Source of the DNA: Gonapodya sp. JEL0774
Taxonomy: Eukaryota
Direction of reading: 5' to 3'
Assembly (NCBI GenBank): GCA_027604505.1
Contig: JADIIX010000009.1
Location: 1-64,000 of the forward strand
Length of the DNA: 64,000 nt
How positions within the stretch are numbered: position 1 is the first letter of the stretch; the number at the start of each line of letters is the position of its first letter. Made by a program: the position numbers and the translations under genes. Below the pieces are notes generated by a model. The model did no database searches, was not told the origin of the DNA, and saw only the letters and a program-made list of their open reading frames with translations. Shown one piece after another: positions 47,779-61,300 of the stretch.

Positions 47779-48156
47779 CGAAGTGTTAAAGCGGTCAAAT
47801 CAAAGTGCCAAGGAATGATTCGGTTTTAAGGACTGGAAGGTCTGTTCGACCGCAGTTCATGCCCCAGCCAACTGACACACACGTACAAACATAACTCGTC
47901 TAAATTAGTGAACAACTTACATGAACGGAGGCATGTCTTGAATATTAGAAGCCGCATGAAGCAATAGTGGGCAAGGTTGGGAGATTCGAAGTGACTCAAA
48001 CGGGTTACGCAGTGAGGATCAATACAAGAAAAGTGGGCAATTATCTCTAAGAAGGATCCTATGGATTTGTATTATTGATCATATGTTGTATTGAGGGGTC
48101 ACCGCGGTTTCCTGATCCTGGCTGATGTGGTGACGAATTCCAACCACACTCAATAA

Positions 48157-50921
48157 ATGGTCATCTGGGTCGAGTGCGAAACTGCTCGATCCAATGTTGC
48201 AGGAAGTGTTTTTCATGCCCGGATCTCCTTCCAGAATTCGCTCTCCGTCCCGCAAATCGAACCAACTGACCTGTGGACTCAGAACTCATTTACGCGGGAC
48301 GCACGGGGAGCAAAAGCTGTTGCCCTAGAAAAATCTGAGTCTGATGAAGAGGGTGATGTTTCTGATGGCGACAACGCGGAAGACTTGGAGGATGATGGCT
48401 CAGGTTTTCCAAGGAAACGTATCAGCGCTCACGGACTGCCCAATGAGGGTACCGGCATCGTTAGAGGCGTGCTTGGCGTTCCGCGTGCGATCGGTGCAAT
48501 GACATTTAATGTGGTGCGGAATTTCTTTTACGAGGAGGCTTCTGAAACGGATGTTGATGATGGGAACTCTGGAGATGAACCCGTGTGTCCACACTACAAC
48601 GACTCGGCTCCACAACTGGCTCAAGGTATTTCGAATGCTGATGATGGCAGTAGAATTGCTCCAGGTTCGCAATCTGAGTATCGAGGATTTGAACCCTCGA
48701 TTCTCACTCAAGGTAAATCTCACCTGTGGGGAGAAATCGAGATTTCATATGTTCAGGAAAGCTATGCTATCGTTGCGTGTATTCTTGTTGGGGACGTCGG
48801 ATTTTCATGGTTCTGGTGGTGCGCAGTGCATTGAAGTAGATATGGCCAAACGACGCATGGATGTGGCTGCAGTGCAGGCAGATTGCTGAGCACCGTGGTC
48901 GAGCTCGGACGTGGAAAAGAATGCTCTTTTGTGGCCTGGTTGATTGTTCTCTCTCATGCCTTGGCTCTAGATATTTCTCTGGAATCAGTCCCACCTCCTC
49001 GAACTTCAACTTCGTCTCCACCGCGCCGTCCTTCCACCTCTTTCGCTGACGGGTCCGTCACCCCATCCCTCGCACGAGCGGGATCATCTGCTTCCGTCTA
49101 TTCGGCTGGAGGTGGCTCTGCTGTTGGTGTATCCTGGTCGGGTGCGGGTCCAAGCATGCCAGCTTCACCTCGTCGCTCGTTGAGTGCAAGGCTTCGGCAA
49201 CCTCAACCTGAGCGTGTTGCTTTGGCGTTCGCGAGATTGGTGGGGCACGTTTCGGTGGACCCCGTGTTCGTAGACTCTACGAAACTAGAAGCTGGGCGTG
49301 GCAAGGCTGCGGCTTCAGTGGTCGGTGCAGGGTCGTTGGGATCAGCAGGTACACACCGAGGTGAGGTCAGAGTATGGTGGAGAGCGATGCTTCGACCGAA
49401 GCATCCTTGTCTCACTCTCCTTCAGATGGTTCTATCCTCATATATTCTACCCATTCCACAATCCTGTTTGCCGACCTCGTGATTCCCCCAAATGAAAAGC
49501 GAACCTGTACGTGGCCTTCATAAACTTCCAAGACTGAGGGACCGCACTCTTGATAGTTTTGCCGCAGACTCTTATCAGATACGCACCCCTGAATCCTTGC
49601 CTCCCAGCTATCGTGGGCGAGTTGGTAAAATATCTTACCGTCTAATTTTGGGTGTACGGCGAGGATCCCTGGTAGAAACCCACGCAGAGATATTTGAGGT
49701 GCCTTTCAGGTTATACGCTGCCATCAGACGTGGGTGCAGGTGCTGTTCTACAAGTAATAGGGTTTCACTGAAAGCAAGCTCGGCAATAATTTCTTGTCAA
49801 TCTCTCTGTACCGTCCCGAATCGTCAGCTGATGGATACATGGGCACTTTTGACGTTACACGGCCACTGATTTCTGCAACTGATGAGTCTATTACATTCTC
49901 TGAGCAGGAACTGGGAGGAAAACGTCGAGGTGAGTGTCCGTGCTGTCGAAGGATCGCTCTTCTTGTGTTTGCGATTCTTCACTGATTTGCTCTCATAACT
50001 AACGACCTTGCGATTATTCTAGCATCGCTTTGGGTGGAATCGACACGAGGTACTCCATCTTCGCCAGGTGGTGAAGAACCCACGTCGCCTGACCGGACCG
50101 ATGTGGAGGAAGCTGAGGATGGCGAGGGTGGAATGTATACGGCATGGTCTTCGTTGGTGCGGCGGTCACCGGAAGGTGCGGTGCAACTGTCCGTTTCCAG
50201 TTCTCCTACCTCCAAACAAGAAACGATCACGTCTATTCTCAGCTACGTTTCGTATTAACAAGGGTGACACACCGGTAGCCTTGATTGTGCTGTTAAGGCC
50301 GGCTTTTCGGCTTGGGGAGGCGGTGACAGGAACGGTCAGCTTTGTGATGGGAAGCATCAGATGTTATCAGGTTAGATTGGAGTGCTACACTGCACTATGC
50401 TTTCGACACTCGAATTCCCGTGTGTACAAATGGATGCCAAATTTTTGATTAGGTTGCCGTCATCCTCGAAATCGTGGAGGCGATCGACCCGTCTTGCGCT
50501 CTTCGCGAAGAGCAGCAGGTCACCAAGCTTACCTCGCGAAAGGTGGCAGAGCACCGACAGATTTGCATTAACATAAGTCGTTTACCTTTGACATTGCCGA
50601 TTCCGACCCACCTTCCAACCAGCTTCCACACTAACTCTGGTGTGTCATTGTTTACCATGCTTTATCTGCGTTTTATTCAAAACTTTTCAACCTCCTCTTC
50701 TCGGATTTTCGCAAGTGCGCTTAACGTGGCGACTTCGCGTCGAGTTCCTCACTGGTTCTGAACCCGCGTTCGAAGCCTTCGAAACCGTGGACCCTCACGT
50801 CACTGTGCTCCAAGCGCCACGTCAGGTTAAGGTGGATGCTTGGAACTGTGAAATACCTATCATAGTTCACGGGCTACCAGAAGAGGAGTCCGAACCTGGG
50901 CGCCACAGGTTCAAAGCCTAG
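48157..50921 (+). CDS. RGP1: Rgp1, subunit of the Ric1-Rgp1 Rab6/Ypt6 GEF
   Basis: AGSVFHARISFQN, LPPSYRGRVGKISYRLILGV, RPAFRLGEAVTG, LPIPTHLPTSFHT, VRLTWRLRVEF and CEIPIIV. Confidence 0.85.
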
Positions 50922-51101
50922 AGCTCTCTATCCTTTGCAACATCGTGAGGCGAGGCCTGACGTAATTGTGGCGAAGTGAGAAGACAGTCTCGAACCCAAA
51001 ATTGATTTCTGCAAAAAGCCGCGAGACAACCGTTGACACTGGATACCCATCTGTTTACCCAAATTAAATAGTTATCATAAACCATGTATGTAGCGTACAA
51101 A

Positions 51102-54066
51102 TCAAGAAATGAGGAGGTATTTTCGCACACGTTCATCACTCCTCAATGCTAGCGATACGTCTGCATCATTGTTGTTAAATCGAAGCTTTCGGAACACGTT
51201 CGCGGGCCCTCCTTCAATAACCACGATTCGGAGTGAAGCCCACGTGTAGCAGATTTTGATGAAATCGATGGCGACTGGAGGGTCTAGTTGATTGCGAAGG
51301 CAAATATTACGATGCTCGTCGATGATCTATTGGGTTCATTTTGCCGTCACGATAAAGGGGCGAAAGGAGGGAATAGGAGGACACTCACTTCTCTCATCTC
51401 GATGTCCGGTACTCCCCGTCGCCGCACCCGATTAGCTAGCGCCACAAGAAATATTTTTTGATGCAGAGATCCTCTTTGTACACTCGACACATTGGAAGTG
51501 GTGAACAGCTCACTGACCGCTCGTTGCACTGCCCGAATGGTGATTCGGGAAGGGACTAAAGCGCCCTCCTCAGCAAGAGCCTTCGTCTTTTCCTGCTCGA
51601 CGAGCTCGACAGTGCGCCTAGGGTGAGGCCGTTTGTTCAAGAACGCTGTGACCGAAACCGGCTTTGTCACGGAGAACCGACCTACAGATATCGAGTGCTC
51701 GCCGAGCATCCCCAGACACCGCGCTTACTTTCCGTGCTACAAACTCGATTGCGTCTTTATCGAAAACATCGATTCCCACTAGTCGTGACTGGACGATTTC
51801 AGAGAGTTGTTGGAATGTGTAGGGTTGGAAGTTCATACGTTTTAACCCTATGCACAATCCGATCAAAAAAGTCAGAACACATTGCAGTATCAGTCGCTCT
51901 AATGTTGAACAAACCTAGCCGGCTCGAGATCCTGTTGGTAAGAAGTCGCTCCGGCAGGTCCATCGTATTCGCAATGGCAACGACGATCAAGTTTGAGTTA
52001 GGTCGATTGGGCCAGTCGAAAAAGCTATAAATGACGTTTTGTTTGGGCGTCACGAGCAAATCCAACTCGTCCATGACAACCACACTGTGTGAAAGTTGAG
52101 GCTCATAGTATGCGGGAACAGCAAGTTTCTCATGCTCTCGGGTATCGACTCACATGGGCTCCATATCTAGCCTCGGACTTTTAAATCTTTTCTCCAATAA
52201 TTCCGCTGCATGATTTGCTGTGACTTTTGTGTCCGTCAACGCCTCCCACAAGACAGCGTATGCCTGTTGTGGCTCGGTGAGTTTCATCCCATTAATTTCG
52301 ACGGCATAAAACGGTTGCATTTCTCCGGCGTCCGAGCGAGCTTGCAGAAAACGCAAAGCTTCGCGAACAGTGGCTGTCTTCCCCGTGCCTGGGACCCCCG
52401 AAATGTCTGAGTATAATCAGGTGGTGACATTAAAGAAGGTCATTCGCAAAGCTTACACAAGCAAACTTGTTTTACGTACACAAACAACATCCCCGCTTCC
52501 TCTCAATTGCTGTGTCCAGCTGTTCGATTATGTGTGCGAGTTCATTCTCACGACACGGCAATGTTTCCGGTACAGCAGACACATGCAAACGTTTGCGCAT
52601 CTCCTCATACTCCGATCCCGCGGCGACAGGAAGGACGGGGAGACGGTTGGGGAGGGCATATCTGTGGTGTTGAAAGATGGTTGCGTGACGTCTTGGAAAC
52701 AGACAAAGCCGCATGAAGCTGAAAGTGATCACAAACGCACATTACGTCTGTCTTCTTTGCAGTGATTCGGGGCTTTTTAGCCTTCGGCACCGGTTTTCCA
52801 ATCGCCTTCCTCTTCCTACCAGACACTCGTTCCTCACCATCACTCTCGCTGTCTGCAAATTCGTCTATCACCTCACTCTCTGAATCTTCATCGGAAGCTA
52901 CAGGACCTTCCATGAGTGTTTCATCGTCTGTCGCCTCGGCATCAGACTCCTCATACGCATCGTCATCATTGTCGAACTCGGGGGTCTCTCCTGAACAATC
53001 TGACAGGTTCCCCTCGTCGATCTCCGTAACGGGAGCGGTCGGAGATTTGGAGGCGGTTGTCGTCTACCTCGTAGGACATTACTTCCGTAATATCATTTCT
53101 TGGTGAAGGGGACAGCAACCTACCTTGCGCTCTGAAGGAATCACTTTCTTTGGTGTGGTGCGCTTGACCGGTGAAATGGATATCTTATAGGCGGCCTCTG
53201 GTTCCGGGAAGTCTTTCCGAACCATGTCATCCCACACCAAGGGTGTCAGTTGCTACCATCGCACGGGAAAGTGTGAAGTACAGCAAGTCAAGTCGGATTC
53301 GCTTTCTTCCGAGCGCCCACCTCGCGCGCCTAAAGTGAAGAACTCACCACCAGTCCTTTTTTTTGCGCGTACTCTGACCTGCAAAAGTAAACTGGTAACT
53401 CTTCCGTCGATTCTTTTTTGGCGCGCGATTGGTCAGCCACTATGCGGCAGTGCCCAAGAATACACTCTACAAATTGATACATGTGGTTGAGTAAACAAGA
53501 GCGAGAGACAAGCAGTGGAAAGTGGGCTTACCAATAGGATGTACCGCTGATCCGGGAAAGTAGAAGGCTTCGAGCTGCGCCGCGAGTGAAGATCATTCAA
53601 ACGTGTCAAGCAGCTCCAAAATCAGTCCTCGGCTTCGGATCCTGACCAAACTCACATTATTCCTCTTCTTTCCCGAGACTTTGGTAAACGGATCCGCAGC
53701 AAGTACAAAAGTCGGCCGGATTTTCACCATCACTTTCCCCTCCTCATCTTCGAACACTTCTCTCAAAATCCCCAAATATTTCGCCTCGCCTTCAGGGCTT
53801 CCCCATTGCACGAAATCGCCTGGGCGGAATGGTTGCGAGGAGGTGGGGGCGGTGAAGGATGTGTATTGAGTCTTCGCGGGACCAGAGGAGCTAAGAAAGA
53901 ATGCAGGTGCATGGGAGACGACATTGTGAATCAGAAATGAGGGCGTAGCCCACGAATCACAGAAATATGCTCACCGGGTCCGTTTGGTGGACGAATGCAA
54001 TTTACCATTTCTGATGGGTTTCCCGAGCTTAAAGCTGGCAGTTTTCAATAGATTTGATGATTTCAT
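51102..54066 (-). CDS. ORC1: origin recognition complex subunit 1 (BAH + AAA+ + winged helix)
   Basis: [61 protein letters not shown] and [15 protein letters not shown]-terminal BAH-like exons ([18 protein letters not shown]). Confidence 0.95.
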
Positions 54067-54404
54067 GCTGCTTGGAGGAGAGATTGGAGAAGGTGCGACC
54101 CGAATGCGCTCGAATCAGGACAAGGAATTATGGGTGGTGGAGCGAGTGTGTTTTCTCCGCCACAGTGGCAAGGCCGAAACGAAACACTATCGGACGTGTA
54201 ACAACCCAAGCTAGTGGCAGCCACTAACACATTGAAAATATCGATAGTTATTCCGAAATAAAGCGTGCTGTGTTGAGACCGCTCTGTCCAAGGAATTGAT
54301 TTGAGATTGAGAATTAGGAAACGTCATTGTATGTACAACAGTCCATATTGGAGATAAGACCATAAGTTCTACCGCAGACCGCAGAGGATTGCACCGGCCA
54401 AACA

Positions 54405-55853
54405 TCATCCCATCCAAACCCTCCTCAAGCCGCCCGCCTCCACAATACCCCCACAGACAGGGCAAACCCGCCTTGTAGCCAATACACCAAGCCAGCACTC
54501 TTTACAGAGAACGTGCCGGCACGCTGGAGGAATGTAAGGATCTTTAGGGGGCTCAAGACAAACAAGACACTTCGGAATGTTTTGATTGGAGAGGAGGGAT
54601 TCGAGGTGATGCACATGAGCACGGAGGATAGTGAGCTGCCGTTGGAGTGAGTCTGCGGAAGCAGCGTCAGCAGAAGATGTTATGGCGGGATTTGCGGTAT
54701 CACAGCGGAGGGCGGACAAGGTGTTACCGGAGACAGGAGGGTAGGCGGGGTTGCTCACGAGAGGTGACATGTTGATAGGGGCGTTTAAGGACCGGTCATG
54801 AGCGGCAAGCTCAGCTGCTGAAGCACTATGTGCCGATGCGTCACAGGGGGTACTTTCAATGCTGGTATGAAAGTAGAAAGAGTTCTGAAAGACAGCAGAA
54901 GTTGTGGAATTCTCGAGCACCGAGTGATGCGTTCCGTCGCCACCTGAATGCACTTGATCGCTGCAACGCTGCGCTGTCTCCTTGTCCTGTAGCGCTTCCT
55001 GGACGACCTCTGTACCCAAGCCCGCGGAGATTGATGGTCCGCGACTGGCCACCCCGTCACATGATGATAACATCCCTGCTTGTTCCCCTCCAACAGCTCC
55101 CAATCTCCCCTCACCGCCCACAACGACCAACTCCCCATCCACCACTGCAAGTTTACTGAGTCCCTTGCGTATGGCATCGTCACCTACGACAACGTCCTCA
55201 TCCCCTGTTTCCTTTTCCATACTTTCTCTGACCCACTCCTCGAACTCCCTCTGTTCTTCAAGTCTCCGCTGGACATAGTCCTCAACGTCTCTTTCGGTAA
55301 TCCGGGGGCCGATTGCGTCATGTCCTGCATCCCCGTCAATGCCGTCACCGTCTATATCAATATCAACGAGAGGTTCGGGCTCAGAATGACTACATTGATC
55401 AGAGCGCGAAGGGCGACCACGCTTGCGGCGGCGGGGTTCGGAGGAGGTTGATAAAGAGGAAGACCGTCCAGACGTTGCGAAACCGTGCGCGGCAAAGCCA
55501 CCTTCGAGCAACGCAGTGGCACGAATCCGGGTGACGCCTGCCCAAGTGTATTCCTCCCAAACAACAGGTCCATTGTTCGGGTTGGATGGCGGGGTAACTG
55601 GTGGTGGTGATGCGGAGTGGAGGGAGTTCGATCGCGCCCCCGTATGTCGACGGGTGGACGAGGGTGATGGAGCAGTAGAAGCTCCACGATTGAGTTTTCT
55701 TCGTTTTCGAAGCTCCACTTTAGGGGCAGGAGGTGGAGGTTGAAGCTGTGAGGAGTCGAAGGGGAAGATACCGAGGAATAGAAACGGGGACATGTCAGCC
55801 CAGACGAAGGGAAACAAGACCAGAACCACAGAGACTTGCCAAAGATCTATCAC
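54405..55853 (-). CDS. RNF220: RNF220-like RING E3 ubiquitin ligase; 5' exons unresolved
   Basis: WEEYTWAGVTRIRATALLEGGF matches the RNF220 conserved motif. C-terminal C3HC4 RING CLVC...CRHVLCKEC...CPVC followed by LRRVW. Confidence 0.8.
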   Translation of the reverse strand: MIDLWQVSVVLVLFPFVWADMSPFLFLGIFPFDSSQLQPPPPAPKVELRKRRKLNRGASTAPSPSSTRRHTGARSNSLHSASPPPVTPPSNPNNGPVVWEEYTWAGVTRIRATALLEGGFAAHGFATSGRSSSLSTSSEPRRRKRGRPSRSDQCSHSEPEPLVDIDIDGDGIDGDAGHDAIGPRITERDVEDYVQRRLEEQREFEEWVRESMEKETGDEDVVVGDDAIRKGLSKLAVVDGELVVVGGEGRLGAVGGEQAGMLSSCDGVASRGPSISAGLGTEVVQEALQDKETAQRCSDQVHSGGDGTHHSVLENSTTSAVFQNSFYFHTSIESTPCDASAHSASAAELAAHDRSLNAPINMSPLVSNPAYPPVSGNTLSALRCDTANPAITSSADAASADSLQRQLTILRAHVHHLESLLSNQNIPKCLVCLEPPKDPYIPPACRHVLCKECWLGVLATRRVCPVCGGIVEAGGLRRVWMG

Positions 55854-56332
55854 GCAGATTCATCTCGGCTTCCGAGGTAAAAGATGGTGAGCAAGTTAGT
55901 TGTGACGAGCTTGTCAGTGTGTGTAGGGTTCTGATTGGCCCCATCAATGACAATGATGTTGCACCAAACAAACTGAACAAGATCAACATCATCATCCATC
56001 CATCGGAAAATTGTCCCAGAAATATGAGAGAGCAAGTGCACTCCAATATTTAGTTATCATGCGCGCACGGGAAGAGTTTGGTGGACAAGCTGGCAAGCAG
56101 CTTCCTTCGTTTCCCAATTCTGCCCTGGGGTTCTGAACATCTTCGAGCTCTGTTCACATACGTGTGTTATATACTACACAGTTGCTCGTCAAAGTAAAAT
56201 TAACAAATCTTCAACGTGGGGGAATCAAATTTTTCTTTTCGAGGGTTGAGGAGCATCGTTCTCCCGCACAAGCTCCAACGGACACCGCACTTCAATATCC
56301 ACGACCACCTTTGTCCCGCCCAAACAAGCACC

Positions 56333-58126
56333 ATGTCTGCCGCAAAGAAGCAACGTGTTGAAAATCCTGAGGCCAAAAATGGAGAGGAGTCTCTAGAAAC
56401 CGACCCTAAAGTCGAGGCACTGCTGAAAGCCGAGCAGGTCGTCTACGATTCTCTTGCAAAGCTTGAAGAGGAGATTGCAAAGGTAGGAAGTCTGTCATGT
56501 GTTTTTGATTGGTCAGACATCACTGTCTCGCGGTTGCAATGGGGGTTTTAAGTTGTGATGCCGGTTCCGATTGTGCGCGAATTGGTTGGCGTGGATTGAA
56601 ACCAATTCGCGTCGCGAAGGATTACTTTCAGGAGCACGATTCCCTCTTGGTCTCTTTGGCTACCATTCCCACCAACATTGAAATCTTTACAAACCTTCCC
56701 ACCGTTCTGTTCGAATTGACCCTGCCTGGTGTCTCTTCCATGCCTGCTCCACAACAATATCGGCGGTGACATCACCTGTACTCGAAACCCCGATCCGCCG
56801 ATCGTTTCCCACACCCCATTTTCGCGACCGTAGCTCAAAACCGCCCACTATAACTCCCTCCAACCCGCTTTGGACAAGCGTGACGCAGCTCTCAAGGCGC
56901 TGAACGACCCGGAGTTTTGGCAAAAGGTGAGAAATGAAAGTAATTTTCATACTCGGTTCGAGAACACGGGATTATGCCCACGAAGGTCCGCGATTGTGAT
57001 TGCAATCTCTGGAGGAAAGAGAGACTTTCATCTCATCGGGAACATGAATGAGAGAGATGATGAAGCTCAACCTGGGTTATGAATGTGCTGGTGCTTCTGG
57101 CGAGACTCTCTTGTATCCTGTGTCTCTCCATTCACGAACTGCGCTCACTCCTACTTTTCAAGGCGATCATGGCACATCTCCCTCTCCGCGATATGTTTGG
57201 CATTTCTCCGCGGGACAGTGATGCCCTTGAGTTTCTCACTGGTGTTACTGTCAAGAGAGAGAAGGCAGATTACAGGAATGTCACGGTCACGTTCAAGTTC
57301 AAGGCAGGAAACCCTGTGTTCAAGGTGAGATATTCGTCAAAAAAGTTGATTGCAGGGTGTGAATCGCTTGGTTGGTCGTCGAGGAGGCGCGGACACCGAG
57401 GAAAATGACCAATCAGATGCCGAACTTGTGACAACGTTCGGTTACCCACCCTCCGAGCCATTCTGTTCGGTACATGTCGCTGATACGTTGATTTTATTGT
57501 CTGGACCCTTCATCGCAGAACAAGGAACTTACCAAAAAAATATCCGTCGGTACCGATGGTGTCCCGAAAGTAGATGTGCACCCGACTTTTGAGTGGATCG
57601 ATGATCAAAATGCAAAGAAGGGAGCTGATGGCAAAGCGACTGCAGGAAGCAAAAGGAAGGCAGACGAAGAAGAATCGAGTGATGACGACGACGACTGGTC
57701 GAAGGAGACTTCAGTGTGGGGAAACCTTTTTGACGGGGAGTGAGTGGAAAACATCGATGTGATTGGTTGCCACGAGTCGAAAATCACCGGCTGACGGAAT
57801 GAAATTTATCGTGATGTTTGTTGTGTTCGCTCTGTTGATGTCCTAACTCTTTTGCTCTCGGGAAATGATGTGTTGACACATCACTCAGGGACACTGAGTT
57901 CGTTCAGTTGATCGCCGGTGAGTTCCTTCTTTCGAGTGCTTGTTATTTTGTCATTGGGTGCTTGTTTTGTCGTCACCCACTCAGCTAATGAACTCCAAAC
58001 CTGGTGCCTGTTTCAGACGAAGTCTATCCTTCCGTTGCAAAGTATGCCCTCATTGACGGAGAAGACGAAAGTGAAATCGATGAAATGGATGAAGAGGTCG
58101 GTGATGACGACGTGGACGACGAGTAA
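56333..58126 (+). CDS. NAP-family histone chaperone (SET/TAF-I/Vps75-like)
   Basis: Dimerisation helix, KRDAALKALNDPEFWQK, DALEFLTGVTV, VTFKFKAGNPVFK/NKELTK, DEVYP and an acidic tail. Includes a 29-nt microexon at about 57889-57917. Confidence 0.82.
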
Positions 58127-58355
58127 AGCGGAATTGTTTGCCCTCGAATGATTCCAATTGGAAACTTGAAAAAATAATTCACATTTTATAGTAGTTTTTG
58201 CTGTTGGATTATAGACGTTGTAGTACAAGTGACACAAACAAAGTGCATCGCAGAAACCAGCTTTACGTCGAGATCAGTGAGTGCATGGTTCAGTCTGGAA
58301 GCGATGCGAAGACGTGCATCCACCCCGTCCCCAGTATTCCGCTGGCTCCTCCATC

Positions 58356-61300
58356 ATGGCGGACGCCTTTCTCCCCGATGTTCCCGCTCTAACTGCTCGA
58401 ATCCGCGAACTTGAGGATCTCCTACACGAAGTAACTCTGGAGCGAGTTCTAACCTCGGAAACGGAAATCGACTCTTATACTGCGAAACGCAGAAGACTTA
58501 CTCTCGATAGTCCACGGAAACACACCCCGTCAGGCGCCGAGAACATCCTTCCCTCATCACAACCTCTCCTTGACCGAGGGTCTAGCCCACGGAGAGCGCT
58601 GGAGGATCCGACGGAGAGGTCACTTATCCCCTTAACGCCCTCTGCCAAAAGAAATAGCAAGGCTGTAAAAGTGGATGCAATCGCTGTGCAAGACTTGAAG
58701 CTTTTTCGTGAAGGTCTTGAGATTCTTCGGAGAAGAGCTTCGGGGGAGCAAATTGAAGACTGCTGGGACAGGTCTACTTTGCAAGTGTTGGAAAACAAGT
58801 TTCCTCAGGTTGACCTCTCCGGTGCCATGGTATTTACGTAACGAGTGTGAGTGTCTTAGAGCTTAATGTTAATTTCCTTTTCTCCCATGGCAGAGACGAC
58901 TCAATGCACAAATTTCGAATCTCAAACATGAGCGGGATCAGCTACAATCTCCCGATCTGCAGCTTGCGACGCATATAGAAGTGGCGAAAGAGATGGAGAG
59001 GGTATGTTAATAATTTTGTCGTGTCTGCTGCCACCAACCTAGTGGACCCCCTATCACTCACTACCCTGGCCTGCCCACCACTTCCCCGCCTGCCCAGTTT
59101 GCGAAGCGCATTTTAGGCACTGTTCCCGCCGGCGCTGATCCTATCTTGGATGGCACAGTGTTTTCAGTGAGAATGAATCATCCTCAGAGCTTAACACCCG
59201 TTCAAGCACTGCTCGCCGGCCAGCCCGAAGACTTCGCGCGGGATGCTACCAATGTCTTAGCCGAGGTCCAGCGCTTGGTGGACGTGGAGAAGCAACTGAG
59301 CACGAGGTGGTCAAAAGGTAGCTATTCGAATGTCCGCCTGCTTGACACAATGTTTTCAAACAGATTTCTTTGCCCGCAAGTTTTGGTTGCCGTTGCAGCT
59401 GTCCAATCAGCATTTGACGAGACTTCAGAAGGCCGAGACGAAAATATACATATGGACGAGAACCCTTTCTTGGTTGCAAAGCTCCAAGACAAAGAACGCG
59501 AAGGTGAGCAAGAGCACCTTACTTTCTTCTCTGCGTTGATTCGAAGACTGACATTTCTCTGGTACACATTTAGCTGCATCTCGCTTGTTGGAACTTCTGG
59601 GCATTGCGAACAATCTGGTTTCGCGGCGACTCTCGAACCTTCACAAGTTCTCCCAACATTCCCTCTCTGGACAGGATGAACGTCGTTTGGACCTCTCACA
59701 ACTTGCTCAAGCGATCGAGCATATTACTGGTACCCTCCGGTCCGCGTCATCTAAAGAACTGGAAGGGGTGGGTAGCCCACTTTAATGCGTATCTACGAGG
59801 TGATCATAGCGGAGCCTAGGACTCACCTTAGCACGATTCTGCAGTCACCCGATCCAACAGTTCTCACCCACTTGGCGTCTCTCTCCACCGCCGCCCAGTC
59901 CGTTACCGCGCTTTCGATCGACCTTGAACGCCGCGCCGCCGTTTCTCTCTCATCTGACCTCCAAGGTCAACTCCGAGACCGTGATGCTACAGTCGACTTT
60001 CAGGCGGTTCGAATCCATGAACTTGAAGCGGAGAAAGGGGATTTCGCTCAAAACATGTTGAAATATCATTCGGAGTGCGAGAATCTCGAGAAGCAGCTTC
60101 GGGAGGCAAAATCTCAAATTGCGGAGGGGGCAAAGGCCTTGGACAGCATGCGATGTGGCAGAGATTTGCTCCAAGCGGAACTTGCAGCCGAAAAGGACTC
60201 TCTCAAAGAATTGAGAGACGAAGTTCACAAGCGGGTGGCTGATGTCATGGGGGAGGCAGAGCACGTTGTAACAGAGGCGCAGGCGAAGGTTAAATCCGCC
60301 GAAGAAGGCAAGCAAGAGCTCTCCACTCGATTAGATGAATTAACAATGGTGCGTATTAGACGCCGTTGGTTATGATTACCTGATTTGAGGGGTAACGTCT
60401 GTTTACAGCAAATGAACACAATGCAGCGAGAGTCGGCTCTTCTGAAAGGCGAATGCGAGGAGCTCAAGGCGAAGGACGAAATCGTGAGGGGCACCATCGA
60501 AGATCTCCACAGAAAGCTTGAGCAAACGGAAAGAGAGGTAAGGGTCCGACTTTTCACGTTGAACTAGTTTGGAACGGAAGCTGACTGAGTAATTCGCATC
60601 TTGTTGTCCCCTCGAAGAGAATGGAGGCCTACCATCTGCTCGAGGACTTCCGCAAGCAGGAGGAGGATGTCGCAGCGGATCGAACGGCTCTTCAATCAAC
60701 CAATGTCGCGCTTGTTCAACAGCTTGAGGGTGCTCGGCAGAACATTCTTGAGGGAGAGTTGAAGCTCGCCGGCGTCGCAGGAGAATTGGAGCAACTTCGA
60801 ATATATTTTGATAATACAGAGGTGAAAAATCACGAGTTGGAATTAAAACTTGCGGATGCTGTCAATGCGCGAATGCAGGACATTGAAGACCTCGAAAAGA
60901 AGCTGGGAGACGTGACTGATGCGTACGATGTATGTCAGGCGCACAAAGTTTCGCGGGAGACGGAAATCCGGAGGTTGGAGGTCGAAGGGAATGCACAGCG
61001 GGTCATCTACGACTCTACTGTCGCTCAGCTTCGTCGCCAATTGGACGAAGTTCTTGAATCTCACTCGGGATGTGATGCAGCGAGGGACGAACTCGCGAAG
61101 TCTCTTGCCGATGCTCGCCGAGATCTCATTTTGCTGCGAGGGAATTATGATCAAGCCACAGCTGTTCATGCAGAATGCAGCACTGCTCGGGAGGAACTTG
61201 AAAGTCAAGTCGCCAAATGTCAAGAAGAGATTCTGTCAACCCGCGAACAGCTTGAAGAATCACTCAAGGAACATTCTATGTGCCTCTCTACGAAAGAACT

